A stretch of 48,553 bases of DNA from Vezdaea acicularis (Eukaryota): assembly GCA_026025075.1 (NCBI GenBank), contig JAPEUI010000119.1, positions 1 to 48,553 on the forward strand. The letters run 5' to 3'. Made by a program: the position numbers and the translations under genes. How positions within the stretch are numbered: the stretch's first letter is position 1; each line of letters starts with the position of its first letter. Shown one piece after another: positions 1 to 12,239 of this stretch. Below the pieces are notes generated by a model. That model was not told the DNA's origin. It searched no databases and was given only the letters and a program-made list of their open reading frames with translations.

Positions 1-1055
1 CTCCCGCCTGACAAGACAATGTTCCCGAATAACGCTTTCCGTAGGTCCATGTCGGTACGATTGATGGCGTCGACGACGATTTGATGGATCCCAGGGTACT
101 CGAGCCCAATGAGCTCAGGATCGAAGAGGATTTCTGGGGCCCGAAACCTCTCAGTACCGACCTGCAGCAAGAGACATTTGTGAGAAAGGCTATCGCAGTC
201 GGCACAGAAGATGTACCTTGAGCTTGTTTCCATCCGGAAGCGTATACTCAAAAGCTTTCGCCTCAACGCGCGCCCCAGTGCCTATCCATTCCTTCTCCTC
301 TTTCTTTGGGTCAGAAGCAACGTAGCAAGTCTTCTCTTTGATTTGCCTCACAACCTCTTTCTCCGCACTTGTATGAAAGATGTACCCGCTCTTGCGTAGC
401 AGAATCTGTAGATGCTCTGTAACGTCTCGTCCTGCCACGTCTATTCTCCGGATACTGCTCGGCATTGCAAACCCTTCATATACGGGGACAGCATGTGAGA
501 CGCCATCGCCAGAATCAAGGACAATACCAGTTGTCCGGCCTGAAGCGTACAGGGAAAGAACCGCTTGGATAGAAGTATAAAGGGCGGGAACGTTGAAAGT
601 TTCGAACAGGATCTGAGCTGCTGTATCTCGATTCGAGCGAGGGTTCAGAGGCGGTTCTGTAAGCAGCACAGGATGCTATGAGTATACAATCAGCCCCTAA
701 CTCTATAGCCTTAAGTTTCGGTTCGAGTGCCCTGCAGCAGACGCCATACCTCCTCACTCAATGTCTTCAGCTCTTCTGAATATACGAATTGCCATATCCT
801 CTCCATATCATCCCAATCAGTGACTATACCATGTTCCAATGGATACCGAATCTTCAGCAGGCCTCGGAGTTCCTGTGCCCTTTGCCCAATGAAAACATCC
901 CCCTCTAGTGCGCCTGCTAAGACTCGGGGGTGCTTTGGTCGACCGACGAAGGACGGGAAATAGCATTTTGGTAAGTCTTCGCCCGCAAATCCTGCGCGTA
1001 TCGTACCACTGCCATTGTCAAGCACGATGGGAGCGTTGTGCAGAGTATCGGCCAT
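1..1055 (-). CDS. ARP1: Actin-related protein 1 (centractin, dynactin Arp1 / ro-4); 3' end runs off the window
   Basis: Exons 1055-750, 675-217, 161-<1, with introns GTATGG..TAG and GTACAT..CAG. Translation [42 protein letters not shown]...[12 protein letters not shown]...[15 protein letters not shown] is actin-fold with Arp1-type GSGTIRAG and HTSAE signatures. Confidence 0.93.
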
Positions 1056-2165
1056 GGTCGTTGCTTGATAGGAGTCGGAGCTGGAATCAAGAAACAAAAA
1101 CCTCTGGCTTGATTAGACGTTACTGCCAGCAGGAGTCATAAGCTCATAATTTCCCGTATCGAGGACTGAGGCTCATGATTGTTCCGGATAGGATCGTAGT
1201 CGGTTCTTTCCTTGAGTTTTGTTGATAGCTCTGCACTTATCCATCAAAAATTTCGTGGCTTTGGCCGACGCGGTTAGGGAAGACGCGCCCAAACGTAATT
1301 TCAGTTGGGATGTGATACAACGTTCTTGCAAAGAACTCATATCCGAACACTTTATTTCCATCTGGCCCATGCATATCTTGGATATTCCAAAAGGAATGCA
1401 AAGTTCTACTCATTTTCAATTTTTACTACATCGTGTGATCCTCTGCTATGGCGTGTCCAATCAGACGCATTTACTCTAGCGAGTTTCCAAAATCCTCATA
1501 TCAGGTAGTGATCTGCGAATGCATCTGGTGATTACCAATGTATCCCTCCCTCGGGCTTCTGAGGGTATTAACAACCTTTCAGATGCTCGTTCTCATCCCT
1601 TGATTTGGAAAGCCCATGTGGGCACTAGAAATAAGATTACTCAAACGGCCTTAGGGTCTATCAGAGCAAAGCCAATGGAGGGGGCCCGAGGATTAGCCGT
1701 CCGTGGGACTTCGCTATCGCCGAACCGAGGAGGTTTCCGCCAAACCTCTTGTACAAACCATTGTGATCACTCATCAACATACGCGTCCAAGTTGAAGCCT
1801 TGATCAGCACTGGTCAGTACGTTGTGGGGATTTTGATGCTGAGAAGTCGTTCTAGGAAGGTAGAATCGATCCTCAGTCTTCTGTATACGCCCTCCTAGCT
1901 GCGGGTCTAGCTTTCCTTACCGCCTACTTGAAATTTCCCCCCAGAAAATTAAGCTTTTGTCAATTAGTGCTCTGCATGAGCAAGAAGGATAGCTTAGTAA
2001 CATACTTAGCTGTGGTGGCTTTCTACCTATCCCCTCCAGGCCTTTCTGGGCGTGTCAATCAAGATGCATACCGTCAGAAGGTTGCATTCGATGCAAGCCC
2101 CGTGGTAACCAAAGTGGGGAGCGTACGGGAGCGGGGGATACCCCGATATATAGAATTCTTGTGAT

Positions 2166-2173
2166 TATATAAA
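2166..2173 (+). promoter_or_regulatory. TATA box (TATATAAA) of the alcohol dehydrogenase gene
   Basis: TATATAAA lies about 115 nt upstream of the ATG at 2285. Confidence 0.55.
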
Positions 2174-2284
2174 GAGAGTCAAGATCTCCTACCAGAGTAT
2201 TGTGACAATTTGCAGAGCAGGCCTTCATCTCCTTCCAAACTCGCACCTTTTCCCCCAGTACAGACGTCTTCAAGAATAAAAAAC

Positions 2285-3347
2285 ATGGGTATAGAGACAA
2301 CAGTCTTCAGGGGTGGACCAGAGGGCAAAATTGCCAAGTCTACAGTCCAGAAGGAAGACCTCAAGAACGATGAAGTGCTGGTCAAGGTGACGCACTCCGG
2401 CCTCTGCGGTACGGATATGCATTTCCTCAACTCAGGCATAGTATTGGGCCACGAAGGTGCCGGAATTGTCGAAGCAGTTGCTCCAGGGGTTGAGGTTCTC
2501 AAAAAGTAAGATTCATTGTCACTTGAAAGTAAATACTATGAGGACACTGGCCCTGACAAACGACCACAGAGGTGATCGAGTGGGGTTCGGATACGTCTTC
2601 AAAAGCTGTGGTCATTGTCAATACTGCCTATCGGGCAACGATAACTACTGTCCCGACCGCCAGATCTACGGCTTCAATAACCACGACAAGGGCTCCATGT
2701 CGGACTATGCAGTTTGGCCTGCAGGTTTTCTATTTGCCATTCCCGACGCCATGACGAGTGAAGATGCAGCTCCAATGATGTGCGGCGGCGCTACCGTTTA
2801 TAATGCTCTATCCACATATGGAGTCCGTCCATCCGATCGGGTCGGGGTTGTTGGAGTCGGAGGCCTCGGCCATCTTGCTATCCAATTTGCTGCGAAGATG
2901 GGCTGCGAAGTTGTCGTATTCTCGACCACTGAGGATAAGAAAGCCGAAGCAGAAAAGTTCGGTGCCACAGAGTTCTACGCCACCAAGGGCAAGACTGGGC
3001 TCGAGGGCGTTGAACCTGTTCAGCACCTTATAGTCACTACGGCGGTACAGCCAGATTGGACCATATTCACCTCAGTCCTTGCTCCCCGAGCCACGATCTT
3101 CCCCCTCGGTGCTTCCGCTGCCGACCTTAAGTTTCCCTATTTGCCATTCTTCTTTAAGGGTTTCACGATTCAAGGGTCTCTTGTTGCACCACGCCATACA
3201 CATCGTGAGATGCTCGAGTTTGCGGCTGTTCATGGAATCAGGCCTGTGGTCCAGAAATTTCCGATGGATGTGGAGGGAATTGAGAAGGCGATCGAGACTT
3301 TGAAGGCGGGATCAATGCGCTACAGAGGCGTTCTAGTTGCCCCTTAA
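2285..3347 (+). CDS. Zinc-dependent, probably NADP-dependent alcohol dehydrogenase (MDR superfamily, CAD/AdhC-like)
   Basis: Exons 2285-2505 and 2570-3347 (intron GTAAG..CTGAC..CAG). Motifs: GLCGTD, GHEGAG, structural-Zn CGHCQYCLSGNDNYC, Rossmann GVGGLG, FSTT (Ser/Thr typical of NADP preference), C-terminal MRYRGVL. Confidence 0.93.
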
Positions 3348-3535
3348 GATCGAGACGCCACTGCGAGAGCACTGTGGCCCTAATTTCGGACTTCCGCCAT
3401 ACCTCTCTTATGTAAAGCTCGTTCAAGACCGTAGTTTCGTAATAGATATGAATGCAAGGACAATTACCGACGGTCCAAGGGCTCATGCAGATGTTTAGTG
3501 CTCCTAGGTGCTGCTGTAAACTCCACACCAGAGGT

Positions 3536-5568
3536 TCAATAGCCCACTTCTCTTCCCTCTCTTTCAGCCGCAATAACCCTAAAACTAGGGTTTCCCTCCT
3601 CTCCTGTCCACGGTTTATCGACTGCAAGCCTGTCTCGCGTTTTCCTTGCCGCAGCTACCTCTCTGTATCCTGCCCCCTTTCTTTTCGAACGCGCCGCGCG
3701 CCATATCGCGTAATTTTCAAGAATAGCGCTCCCATAGAAGGCTAAGAAAGAGGCACCGCCCACCACAATAGCTGTCAAAGCCATAGCAAAGGCCCAAAAA
3801 ATACCTTGGCCCCGTGTCGTGGTGCGGATATCAATGGTATTCATACCGAAGAAGGATGCGGCGAATGAGAGTGGAAGGAAGAATACAGTCACGATTGTGA
3901 ATGTGAGAATAGCCTTCCCATGATCCTCCAGCCTCATGTTCACAAGCTGTACCGTCCGCGTCACAAGTTTGTCGCAGTTTTCGCGAAGGTCGTTGAGGTC
4001 GCAAAATTCTCGATCAAGGTTTGCAACCAGCTGCGCCCAGGGATCCGAGAGGGAAGATGAGGAGTACTGCTTGAAGCGATGCTGGCTCTTGGCCCACGTG
4101 GGATATGTATATGACATGGTTTGGGGTCTTTTATGCTGGGAGGACTCTGGAGATTGCTGTAAAAGGCGTTGAAGATCTAGTATAACGTTCCATTGGCTCC
4201 GGATGATCTCAATAACTATGTTTAGCTCATCCTGGATTTGGAGGAGATCCAGTACCAGCTTGGTGCTTGCGGAGCGATGGAGACGATACTGGAGATGGCC
4301 AAGATAGCCGCTGTACCTATCAGTCAGACAGAGCATAATGTCTGCCCAAAAGCTCCAATGTAATAATCCTACAGAACCACTCAAGATCGCGACGAGGTGT
4401 GTTCCAGCGTCGTATGTATTAGATCTGTTGGAAAGGTGAAAGTTATTTCGCAAACCCCTGAATGCAACCTCACTGACCCTATGGGGGAGTTGGTGAAGAT
4501 TTCGAACAGGCTTCCAGCTTTGATTGTTTGAGAACGAGATTATATGCCTTTCATCTAGTACTAGAACCCATAATTCGTCGACGCAAAGGCCTGTAGGAAA
4601 GTACTTGTACCAATATTGGGCCTTGAGCTCAAAGTTACGATCATTGACCCAAGGCCGATGTCTGTTGTATACCTGTACTTTGTCCCGGTCTGCAGTATCT
4701 TCTAGTCTATAATAGTACTGTAGTAGAGAACGAATAGGATGGTACGCCAGGGATTTTGCGGTTACATAATTCGAGAACGGGTCCACCTGAAAGCGCGGGG
4801 GTGGGGGAGGCCCGGGATATACTGTCCAGTCAATGAACGGGACAGAAACCAGGAGCGGATAGGCTGATCCCTGGTCCGCGTCAAGCGTCTTATGAAAGGG
4901 ACTGAAGTATTTGCCATGTTTAGAGAACCTCTCCGATTGCTGCAAACATTCTCTTAATACACGACTATTCTTTATGGCAGTTGCTTGGTCGAAGCTCATT
5001 CCCAGGAGGATCTACAGTATATTACGATTAACCTCGCAAGTAAACTGGCGTTCAGTCTTGAGACTTACACCCTCCAGATGATCTGGAAACATGCTAGATA
5101 TATGACTTGAAGCAGAGTATCAGGACAGAAATCTTTTGATCCAGGAAAAGAAGTCGCTCACATCCATCGGCACATTGAATTTTCGTTTCCACGATCATCC
5201 CTCAAGAACCTAGTCCAACCGTACTCCTTAAAGATATTTTCCGTACTAGCCCTCTCCCAGTCAGACATCATCGGGGCGTCTGTGTCAATCTTCTCAATCT
5301 GGTCTGCGTAAAGCATTGCGTCCCTCGTGATATCTGGAAGCACCACATCGCTGCAGACGAGTAAGGGAGCATTATTCCCTTTCGCCGTCCCCTTCTCTTT
5401 TCTCTCTTCGTCTAATCTTATATCCCGGATCTGGAGCCTTCCAGGGCTCAGTCTCTTATGTTTCCAAAAGCCATGCTCCTCATCTGTTGGTTGCGCAGGT
5501 GGGGCCGCGGAAGTATTCAAATTTCTAACCTTTTGCCAATAGCGGACTTCTGATGCCCTTTCCACCAT
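3536..5568 (-). CDS. Fungal CorA-like (2-TM-GxN) Mg2+ transporter-domain protein; true start uncertain, may extend upstream
   Basis: Exons 5568?-5162, 5105-5069, 5011-3536 join as ...CRWIHISSMFPDHLEGILLGMSFDQ. The C-terminus has a coiled region, then EDHGKAILTFTIVTVFFLPLSFAASFFGMN and a second TM helix (IFWAFAMALTAIVV), the CorA GMN signature. Confidence 0.8.
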
Positions 5569-6011
5569 TACTAATGCATTTGACGCTTCTTCTCTAGAAG
5601 CCCTGAGGTAAGCATAGACACCTGGGTTTTATGGCGATCTTTCCAAAATGTGTCAGCACGGACAGCGCCGAGGTTGGTGTTCCCCATAGGGCTGCACGCC
5701 ATTTTGCTTGGAGTCTAGCGTAATCCAAATTTACCAGGATTCTCCAGGCTTGGCGAGGGCAGTGACGCGACCGAAACTCAGTCGACCCAGAACGTCTGAT
5801 TACACCGTTCTTATTCAATGCTACGTTCAACATTAAGTCCAACCTTTTGATAAGTTTCAGTAGCTTAAGCGCAGCTTTTCCCATTTATTTACACTTGGTG
5901 CCCTAACCATGTCTGTCTCTATGACCGTCCGTCTCTTAGGCTTGGACCTTTGAGGAAGCGCAAGTTCCATAGATATTAGTTCTGGGTCTGTTTACCTGGC
6001 GCATTCCCAAT

Positions 6012-9010
6012 ATGGAGGAATTAGAAATACACAGCAAGGTAGAAAGACTCCAGGGTTCTGAAAAGAGCGTCCTGACGAGATTAAGACTGCTGATGCCATG
6101 CCTGTATAGTCATATCTCGTACGTTGGGTCAATGTTCCAGACAATCATACCATCTCTTGGAGTATTCAGCCTCATAAGAAGAGTATCAACTTCGGCATCT
6201 TCAAGCATCCAGGGGCAGGAGCAATCTCAACACCAAACTTATCCACCACCGGCCCCTTCGAACCGTTGATCTCGCCAAATCCTGAGGCCTTGAGCGATAG
6301 TGCGCCTCGAGCTTCTCGCGCCGATAATTCAACCACCATAGAGAAGCTCCAAAGCCTTGGCCTCATACAGATCTGTTGGCCTGGAAAGTGCGAAGCAGAT
6401 AGAGTATCCAAAGGGCAATACGATGTTCTGATCGGGGCCGGTGGCATGTATGCGCTCGTCTTCGATAATACCTTCTCAAAGCAATTATCGAAAACGGCCA
6501 CGTTTGTGCTCCTCACCTATCCTACAGAAAGTCCGCCATTAACAAATCATCACCTTCACCATTCGCAACTCGATGGAGCTGGCAATATAAGTGGCAGTAC
6601 ATTGACTGGTCAGAGAGGCCCGCTAGGCTATGTTCAATCCAGTGGGTCGAATGAGTCGGTCCCCACACTGGGTAATAGATCAAGGGCAAAGTCCGACGCT
6701 GGAAGGCCCATATCACAGCCAGAGAGTGAAGACCGAGTGCCTGAACCAGCAGACATTTTCACAGGCATCTTACAAAAGCGCCGTAGGAGGCGACACCAAG
6801 GATTTGCACGGAGGTTCTTCAGTCTAGATTTTGCATCATCCACACTTTCGTACTATCACGATCGGCAATCTTCGGTCTTGAGAGGGGCAATACCGCTATC
6901 CTTGGCTGCTATTGGGACGAATGAAAGGTATAGAGAAATCTCTGTTGACTCTGGTGCGGAAGTCTGGCATCTTAGAGCCGGGAATAGCAAGGAGTTCGAC
7001 GCATGGAAGAGAGCGCTGGGAAGAGCTTGCGCATCAGCTACAACTGCAATACCTACAGCCACCACAAATGCGCGTTCTAGGCCTGAGATCAAGACGGGTG
7101 GGTTAAGCGCAACCGGAGTAAACCCCGCAGAAGAGAGAGAATGGGAGCAAGTTGAGGCACTTGTTGGTCGGGTTGTTGGCTCTCGTGATGCAGTGCGCCG
7201 ACTTGCTACTCAGACAATTGCTCATAGGTTTTCTTCAACTTATGGTTTGGGAATTAGCGGTTCCAGCAATGAAGCGAGCCCTACGGATAGCTCAACGGGT
7301 GAATACTTCAAAGACAAAGATAAAAAGCCATTCTGGAAACGGAAAACCAGTAATACATACAGCTTGTCTACAGCTACGCAGCGGAGTGCCTCTACTCAGC
7401 TTGCTGTTGCAACACCCATATCAGTTCAGACCGGCTCCCCGGGGCTATCACCGCGTCCAGACGTTGCTCCTGATGAGGGCAGTCTACATGAGCATTGTAT
7501 GGATCTTCTGAAAGACCTTGATAGTGTCTTGTCCGAATTTTCAGATCTAATTTTAATGAGCAAGCAACGCCGAGCGCAGGGAGCGGCGACCAGCCATCGA
7601 TTGAGTATTGACTCCACCGTTACTCAGGAGTTCTTTGATGCAGACGATGGAGAAGGAGCCTCACGGCTACTAGTCATAGGGAACAGCGATGACGATGCAG
7701 CTACCGCCGATGAAGCCTATCTTACGGATGGTGAATTGAGTAGCGATGATGAGCAGAAGGGAAGCTTCGATGCTCCTTCAACTCGTGCAGCCGGCGTGGT
7801 CTTTTCCACGAGACCGAAATCGCTCAAGCCACTTCCCGTTGAACAGGTCCCACGTCGGTCGACGGTTCCTGCGGCAGCTGTACCACCACCAAGTCTCATT
7901 GGAATCTTCCGAAAGAACTATGGGAAGGACCTCTCCACCATATCGATGCCTGTATCTGCCAATGAGCCGATCTCTCTGTTACAACGACTAGCTGAGCAGC
8001 TGGAGTATTCTCATCTCCTCGACTCTGCAGCAGAGTTCTCCCACGCTGATAACGAGGAGCGCCTCATCTATGTGGCGGCTTTCGCGATTGCGTCTTTCTC
8101 CAGCAACAGGCACAAGGAGCGAGCAGTACGCAAGCCCTTCAACCCAATGCTCGGCGAAACTTTCGAGCTTGTCTCCGAGAAGGGGTTCCGGTTTCTTGCA
8201 GAGAAGGTGAGCCATCACCCAATGCGAATGGCTTTTCAAGGCGAAGCTACCGAATGGTCCATCTCCCAAGCGCCATGTCCAACGCAGAAGTTCTATGGGA
8301 AATCTGCGGAACTTATCGCCGATGGCCGTGTAAGGGTTGTCTTTCATAGAACTGGTGAACACTTCTCGTGGATGCAAACGACCAGTTTCTTACGCAATGT
8401 CATTGCTGGGGAGAAGTACGTGGAGCCCGTAGGCACGATGACAATAAAGAATGAAACCACGGGGCAAAGAGCTGTAGCTACTTTCAAAGCTGGCGGTATG
8501 TTCGCCGGGCGCACTGAGGATGTGGCCGTTCAGGTATATGACCAGCATGGGAACGAGTCATCTCAACAATTAGTCGGAAAATGGACAAGTTCGCTTTCAA
8601 TTTCCTCCAACGGAAAGGAAGGAAAGCAGATATGGCATGTTGGGTCCTTGGTAGACGGCACCTCTTCGCGATATGGTTTCACTACATTTGCAGCTACCCT
8701 AAATGAGATCACTTCGATCGAGAAAGGCAAACTACCACCAACCGACAGTAGGCTGAGACCCGACCAGAAAGCAGCCGAGCAGGGTGATTTCGACTCCGCC
8801 GAACAGATCAAAGTACAACTCGAGGACGCCCAACGGAAACGAAGGAAACAGCTCGAAGACGAGGGCATCAAGTTCACTCCCAAATGGTTCACAAAGGTCG
8901 ACGGAGCGGACGATGCATGGCACCTGAATACCGGCAAGGATGGATACTGGGAGCGAAGGGGAAAGGGGGACTGGAGCGGCGTTATCGACGTTTTTTCTGT
9001 CCACGAGTAA
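6012..9010 (+). CDS. OSH3: Oxysterol-binding protein homologue Osh3 (GOLD + PH + FFAT + ORD), about 975 aa
   Basis: Exons 6012-6038 (MEELEIHSK) and 6110-9010 (SYLVRWVNV...SWSIQPHKKSINFGIFKHPG, GOLD). PH domain (GILQKRRRRRHQGFARRFFSL), FFAT motif EFFDADD, OSBP fingerprint EKVSHHP and KPFNPMLGETFE. Confidence 0.93.
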
Positions 9011-9670
9011 AACCTGGGTTAGACAGGCAATACGGCGTTTTCGGGACTTTGACACCATTCGAGGGGCTTTTTCCGTGCTCGTTCGGCTTATGATTTCTTT
9101 ATATGATCCTTATGACTGGAATTCAATGTTGTGCGGCCATCATGTATATGAAGCGGGTTTACATGCCCTTAAGATGATAGATAACTTCCGCTCTAGGAGC
9201 TATAGCGATATTGGAGTTAGCGGTACGGTCCAATAAGTCCAGTTTTGGACTGATCGTCGGGAAACCCGTGTTGCCAATGTCGCCTTGTAGCCCCTGGTTG
9301 GCTTCCTTTCAAAGGCACCGTTGAGAGATAAAGCAGTTTCTTAGAGGCCTTTGACTGTCTTCGCCTTCCTTTCTTGAGTAGGTAGTGCGTAGGTCCCAAA
9401 GAGTACCGATGGGCAAACATCCCACCATGTGAGCGAGATCTCGATGCATAGCTTCTCTCAATTTGCTCGTTCAAGATGATGTTTCCATCTACGCACATAC
9501 TCCATGCATATAACGAATAATAGAAGACGGTCGGAGACAGACTTATGCACTCATCCCGGCCCAAACGCCAACTGTAGAAAAGCCCCAGGCCACAACCTCC
9601 ATGCTGACCATATCCCAAATTGTCCCAGACTCAAAATCCAAAACAGTCTTTCGATGCTATCTGCAGTTCA

Positions 9671-11242
9671 TTATTTATGATTCGTAATCATGATCCTAAG
9701 TTACGTCAGCCGAGAACTCTACCATAAAGCTGTTCAGGACTTACGGCAAACTTTCAAAAACAACCTCGTTATCAACGTAATGAATTATGAAGCCTCCGCC
9801 TAGAGCCCTCCTCAATGCCTTCAGTCTAAGCAACTTCCACCAGCGATCTATCCTCATGCTGCCTGTCTTATGGATGCGTACCACCATCCTACTTCCATAT
9901 CTCTTGCCTGTCTCCTGGTCCACAGCCTTCTGGTACCTCGGTCCCCTTGTGGGATTCTCCACACTGTTAAGGATGTCCGAGAAATTCGTATGGAGTGACT
10001 TTTTATCCTTTTTCGACAGCCGCCTTGACGATATCGATGCTAGTGCAGACAGCTTCTGCGTCAGCAGATACGGTTGGCGATAAGGGTCGTAGCGCTTGAC
10101 CAGCTTTTCAGCATTGCGCGGCGTCTCTTCTTCGGGGTCGGAGAGGCCTGCGTCCCCCGCATCGGGCGCCTCTTCGTCGTCTTCGAGTGGCGTGTACGAT
10201 TTCTCGTAGACGAGCGCGATATTCTCGCCGGCTGCTATCTGAACACTAGCCTCAGAGCTGTCGAGCTGCTCAATGAAGGCGTCCATGGCCTCCGGACTGT
10301 CGTCTTCTATGTCCTCGAGTTGAGTAGCGAGGAAGCCCCATTCTTCCAGCGCAGCAGTGACTACCTCTGCTGAGTCGGCTGCGCCAGCGCTCTCGCCATC
10401 GGACTCGACTATGGCTAGGAAACTAGACATGATCTCAGTGACTTCCTCGACAGAAGCTCCACCATAGAAGGTGCAGATGCCAAGAGCGTGTATTGCTGAG
10501 GTCTTGGTAGCGAAGGAGGTTGAGTCCGTGATGGTGTTCTGGAGGGGTTTCGTGGCAGCATCGTATATGGTATCCAGGGGATCGGTGATCAATGTTAAAG
10601 CAAGTGCTGTAACAAGTAAGTTAGCTAAACCCGGCGACATAACTATGAGGCCGCCTACCTTTCAACGCTAGAACAGTCTCTTTCTCGCTACTCTCTGCCT
10701 TAATGCTTCTCATGAATGCCGTGACCAGCTCTGATATCTTGTGGTGTATTTCCTCTCGTGCATACTTTGCTGTAAGTATCCGCACGTATGCTGATAATGC
10801 TTCTTCACGACTGGCAATACTACTACGTTTTCTTTCTAATATAGCGTCGATGCGATCACCGAGGTCCTCCCTCCACTCGTCTGTCAATGTATCCGCCAAG
10901 TCTTCGCTCGTCAGAATTTCATCTATAGAGTTGACACTGCACAAGGCTAGTTAGAGCCGGATATAAGGTTTTGCTCAGACTGGGACGTGCAGCGATGACA
11001 TGTGAACGTGCCTCATTACGACCCTGATAAAGACATAGCGTAGGGGCCACATACCTCCATGTTGTGTCGTCGCTCAAGTTTCCGTCCTCTTCGTCCGATC
11101 CTTGCCTACTCACAGTCCTCGAGTTAGAGCGTGAGTTTGCACCTGAGTTTTGCCGTGACGAGTGTCGAGATGATTGTTTCGACTGAGCCTTCCGCGACAC
11201 TGTCTTGCCGCTCTCAAGAGCTTGGCGCCGTAAGTCGTGCAT
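9671..11242 (-). CDS. Interferon-related developmental regulator (IFRD) domain protein
   Basis: Four exons. Starts MHDLRRQALESGKTVSRK; helical-repeat core with TAALEEWGFLATQLED and VQIAAGENIALVYEK; C-terminal RIDRWWKLLRLKALRRALGGGFIIHYVDN. The last mini-exon (IMITNHK*) ends at 9671. Confidence 0.82.
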
Positions 11243-11374
11243 TTCTCCCGTCTATATTCACGGATCAGGGGAGCAGAATATAAAGCCTTAAATATAGCTT
11301 CGCACACTTCTTGCGGGTTGCCAGGCAACAAATCCAAGTCAACTTCCAAGAAAAGTGCGGGGCACCACGGGCGC

Positions 11375-11386
11375 GTTATCGATAAC
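11375..11386. promoter_or_regulatory. Perfect 12-bp palindrome GTTATCGATAAC (back-to-back GATA cores) upstream of the IFRD gene
   Basis: Directly visible, about 130 nt upstream of the ATG at 11242. Confidence 0.5.
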
Positions 11387-12239
11387 CGTAAAGTCCGGGA
11401 CCAAGTCGCGATATAGAGACTCTAGCAGAGTGTATGTATAAGATACTCGTTCTTAGGTCCATGTAGTCGTGAAAAATGACTCTTTATGTTATCAAGCAAA
11501 GTATTGTCGACAGGCAAGCATTTCTTGAGGCTTCGAATTGTGCGTTTAATGGTCTTAGTGTTGATTGGAATCGCTTTAAACCTGGTCAGAAGCGACATCT
11601 CCATCTGGACTAGGCGATAAGTGGTGGTCATTATCACATGCTAAAGTGAAGCAACATTGGACTGCTTCACTGTCACGTACGACGCTGACTAGAAAAGGTG
11701 TACGATTTGAAAGTTTGCGGTACCTGAGCACAGTTGGTCCTGAGATAGGATACTTTCGACGACAGCTGCGAATACAGGTGGACGGACGCCAAGCTGATAA
11801 AACACCACAACGTATATCTATCACGAGCAGGACTAAGTCGCGACCGAACGTATCACTCATCCATAATCATAACAAAAAATGAACTCATGCCATTAAGCTG
11901 TGCCCCACAGGGGCAATCTAAATTGTTTGAGGATGCAGGTGACTAGGAGGTACACCTATGCAAAATGACCAATGCGCCAGGAATATGCAAAGACCCCAGG
12001 ATGACAACATAAGGGCATACCCCTAAGTTGCATCGATTCTGAATTTTCGCATGACTTCGTAGTCGCAGAACGTTAATTCCGTAGAAACAGGCGCTGCGAC
12101 ACGTGCCTAGGCTGCATGAAGTAACGTCAAGAGAACGAGCGTCCTTGCTAGCCAGAACAAGGAGGCCGTTTGGGGAGTTCGCCAACGGCTGCCAAGAGTG
12201 CGGCCCCATTGAGTATACCTTGAAGATCTCTGTATTTCT

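Noticed and set aside
3574..3582. TAACCCTAA telomere/telomerase-template-like 9-mer
   Set aside because: A single copy inside the CorA-like coding sequence; chance occurrence.
11646..11670. GTGAAGCA...TGCTTCAC 8-bp inverted repeat
   Set aside because: A short isolated hairpin downstream of STE7, not distinguishable from background.
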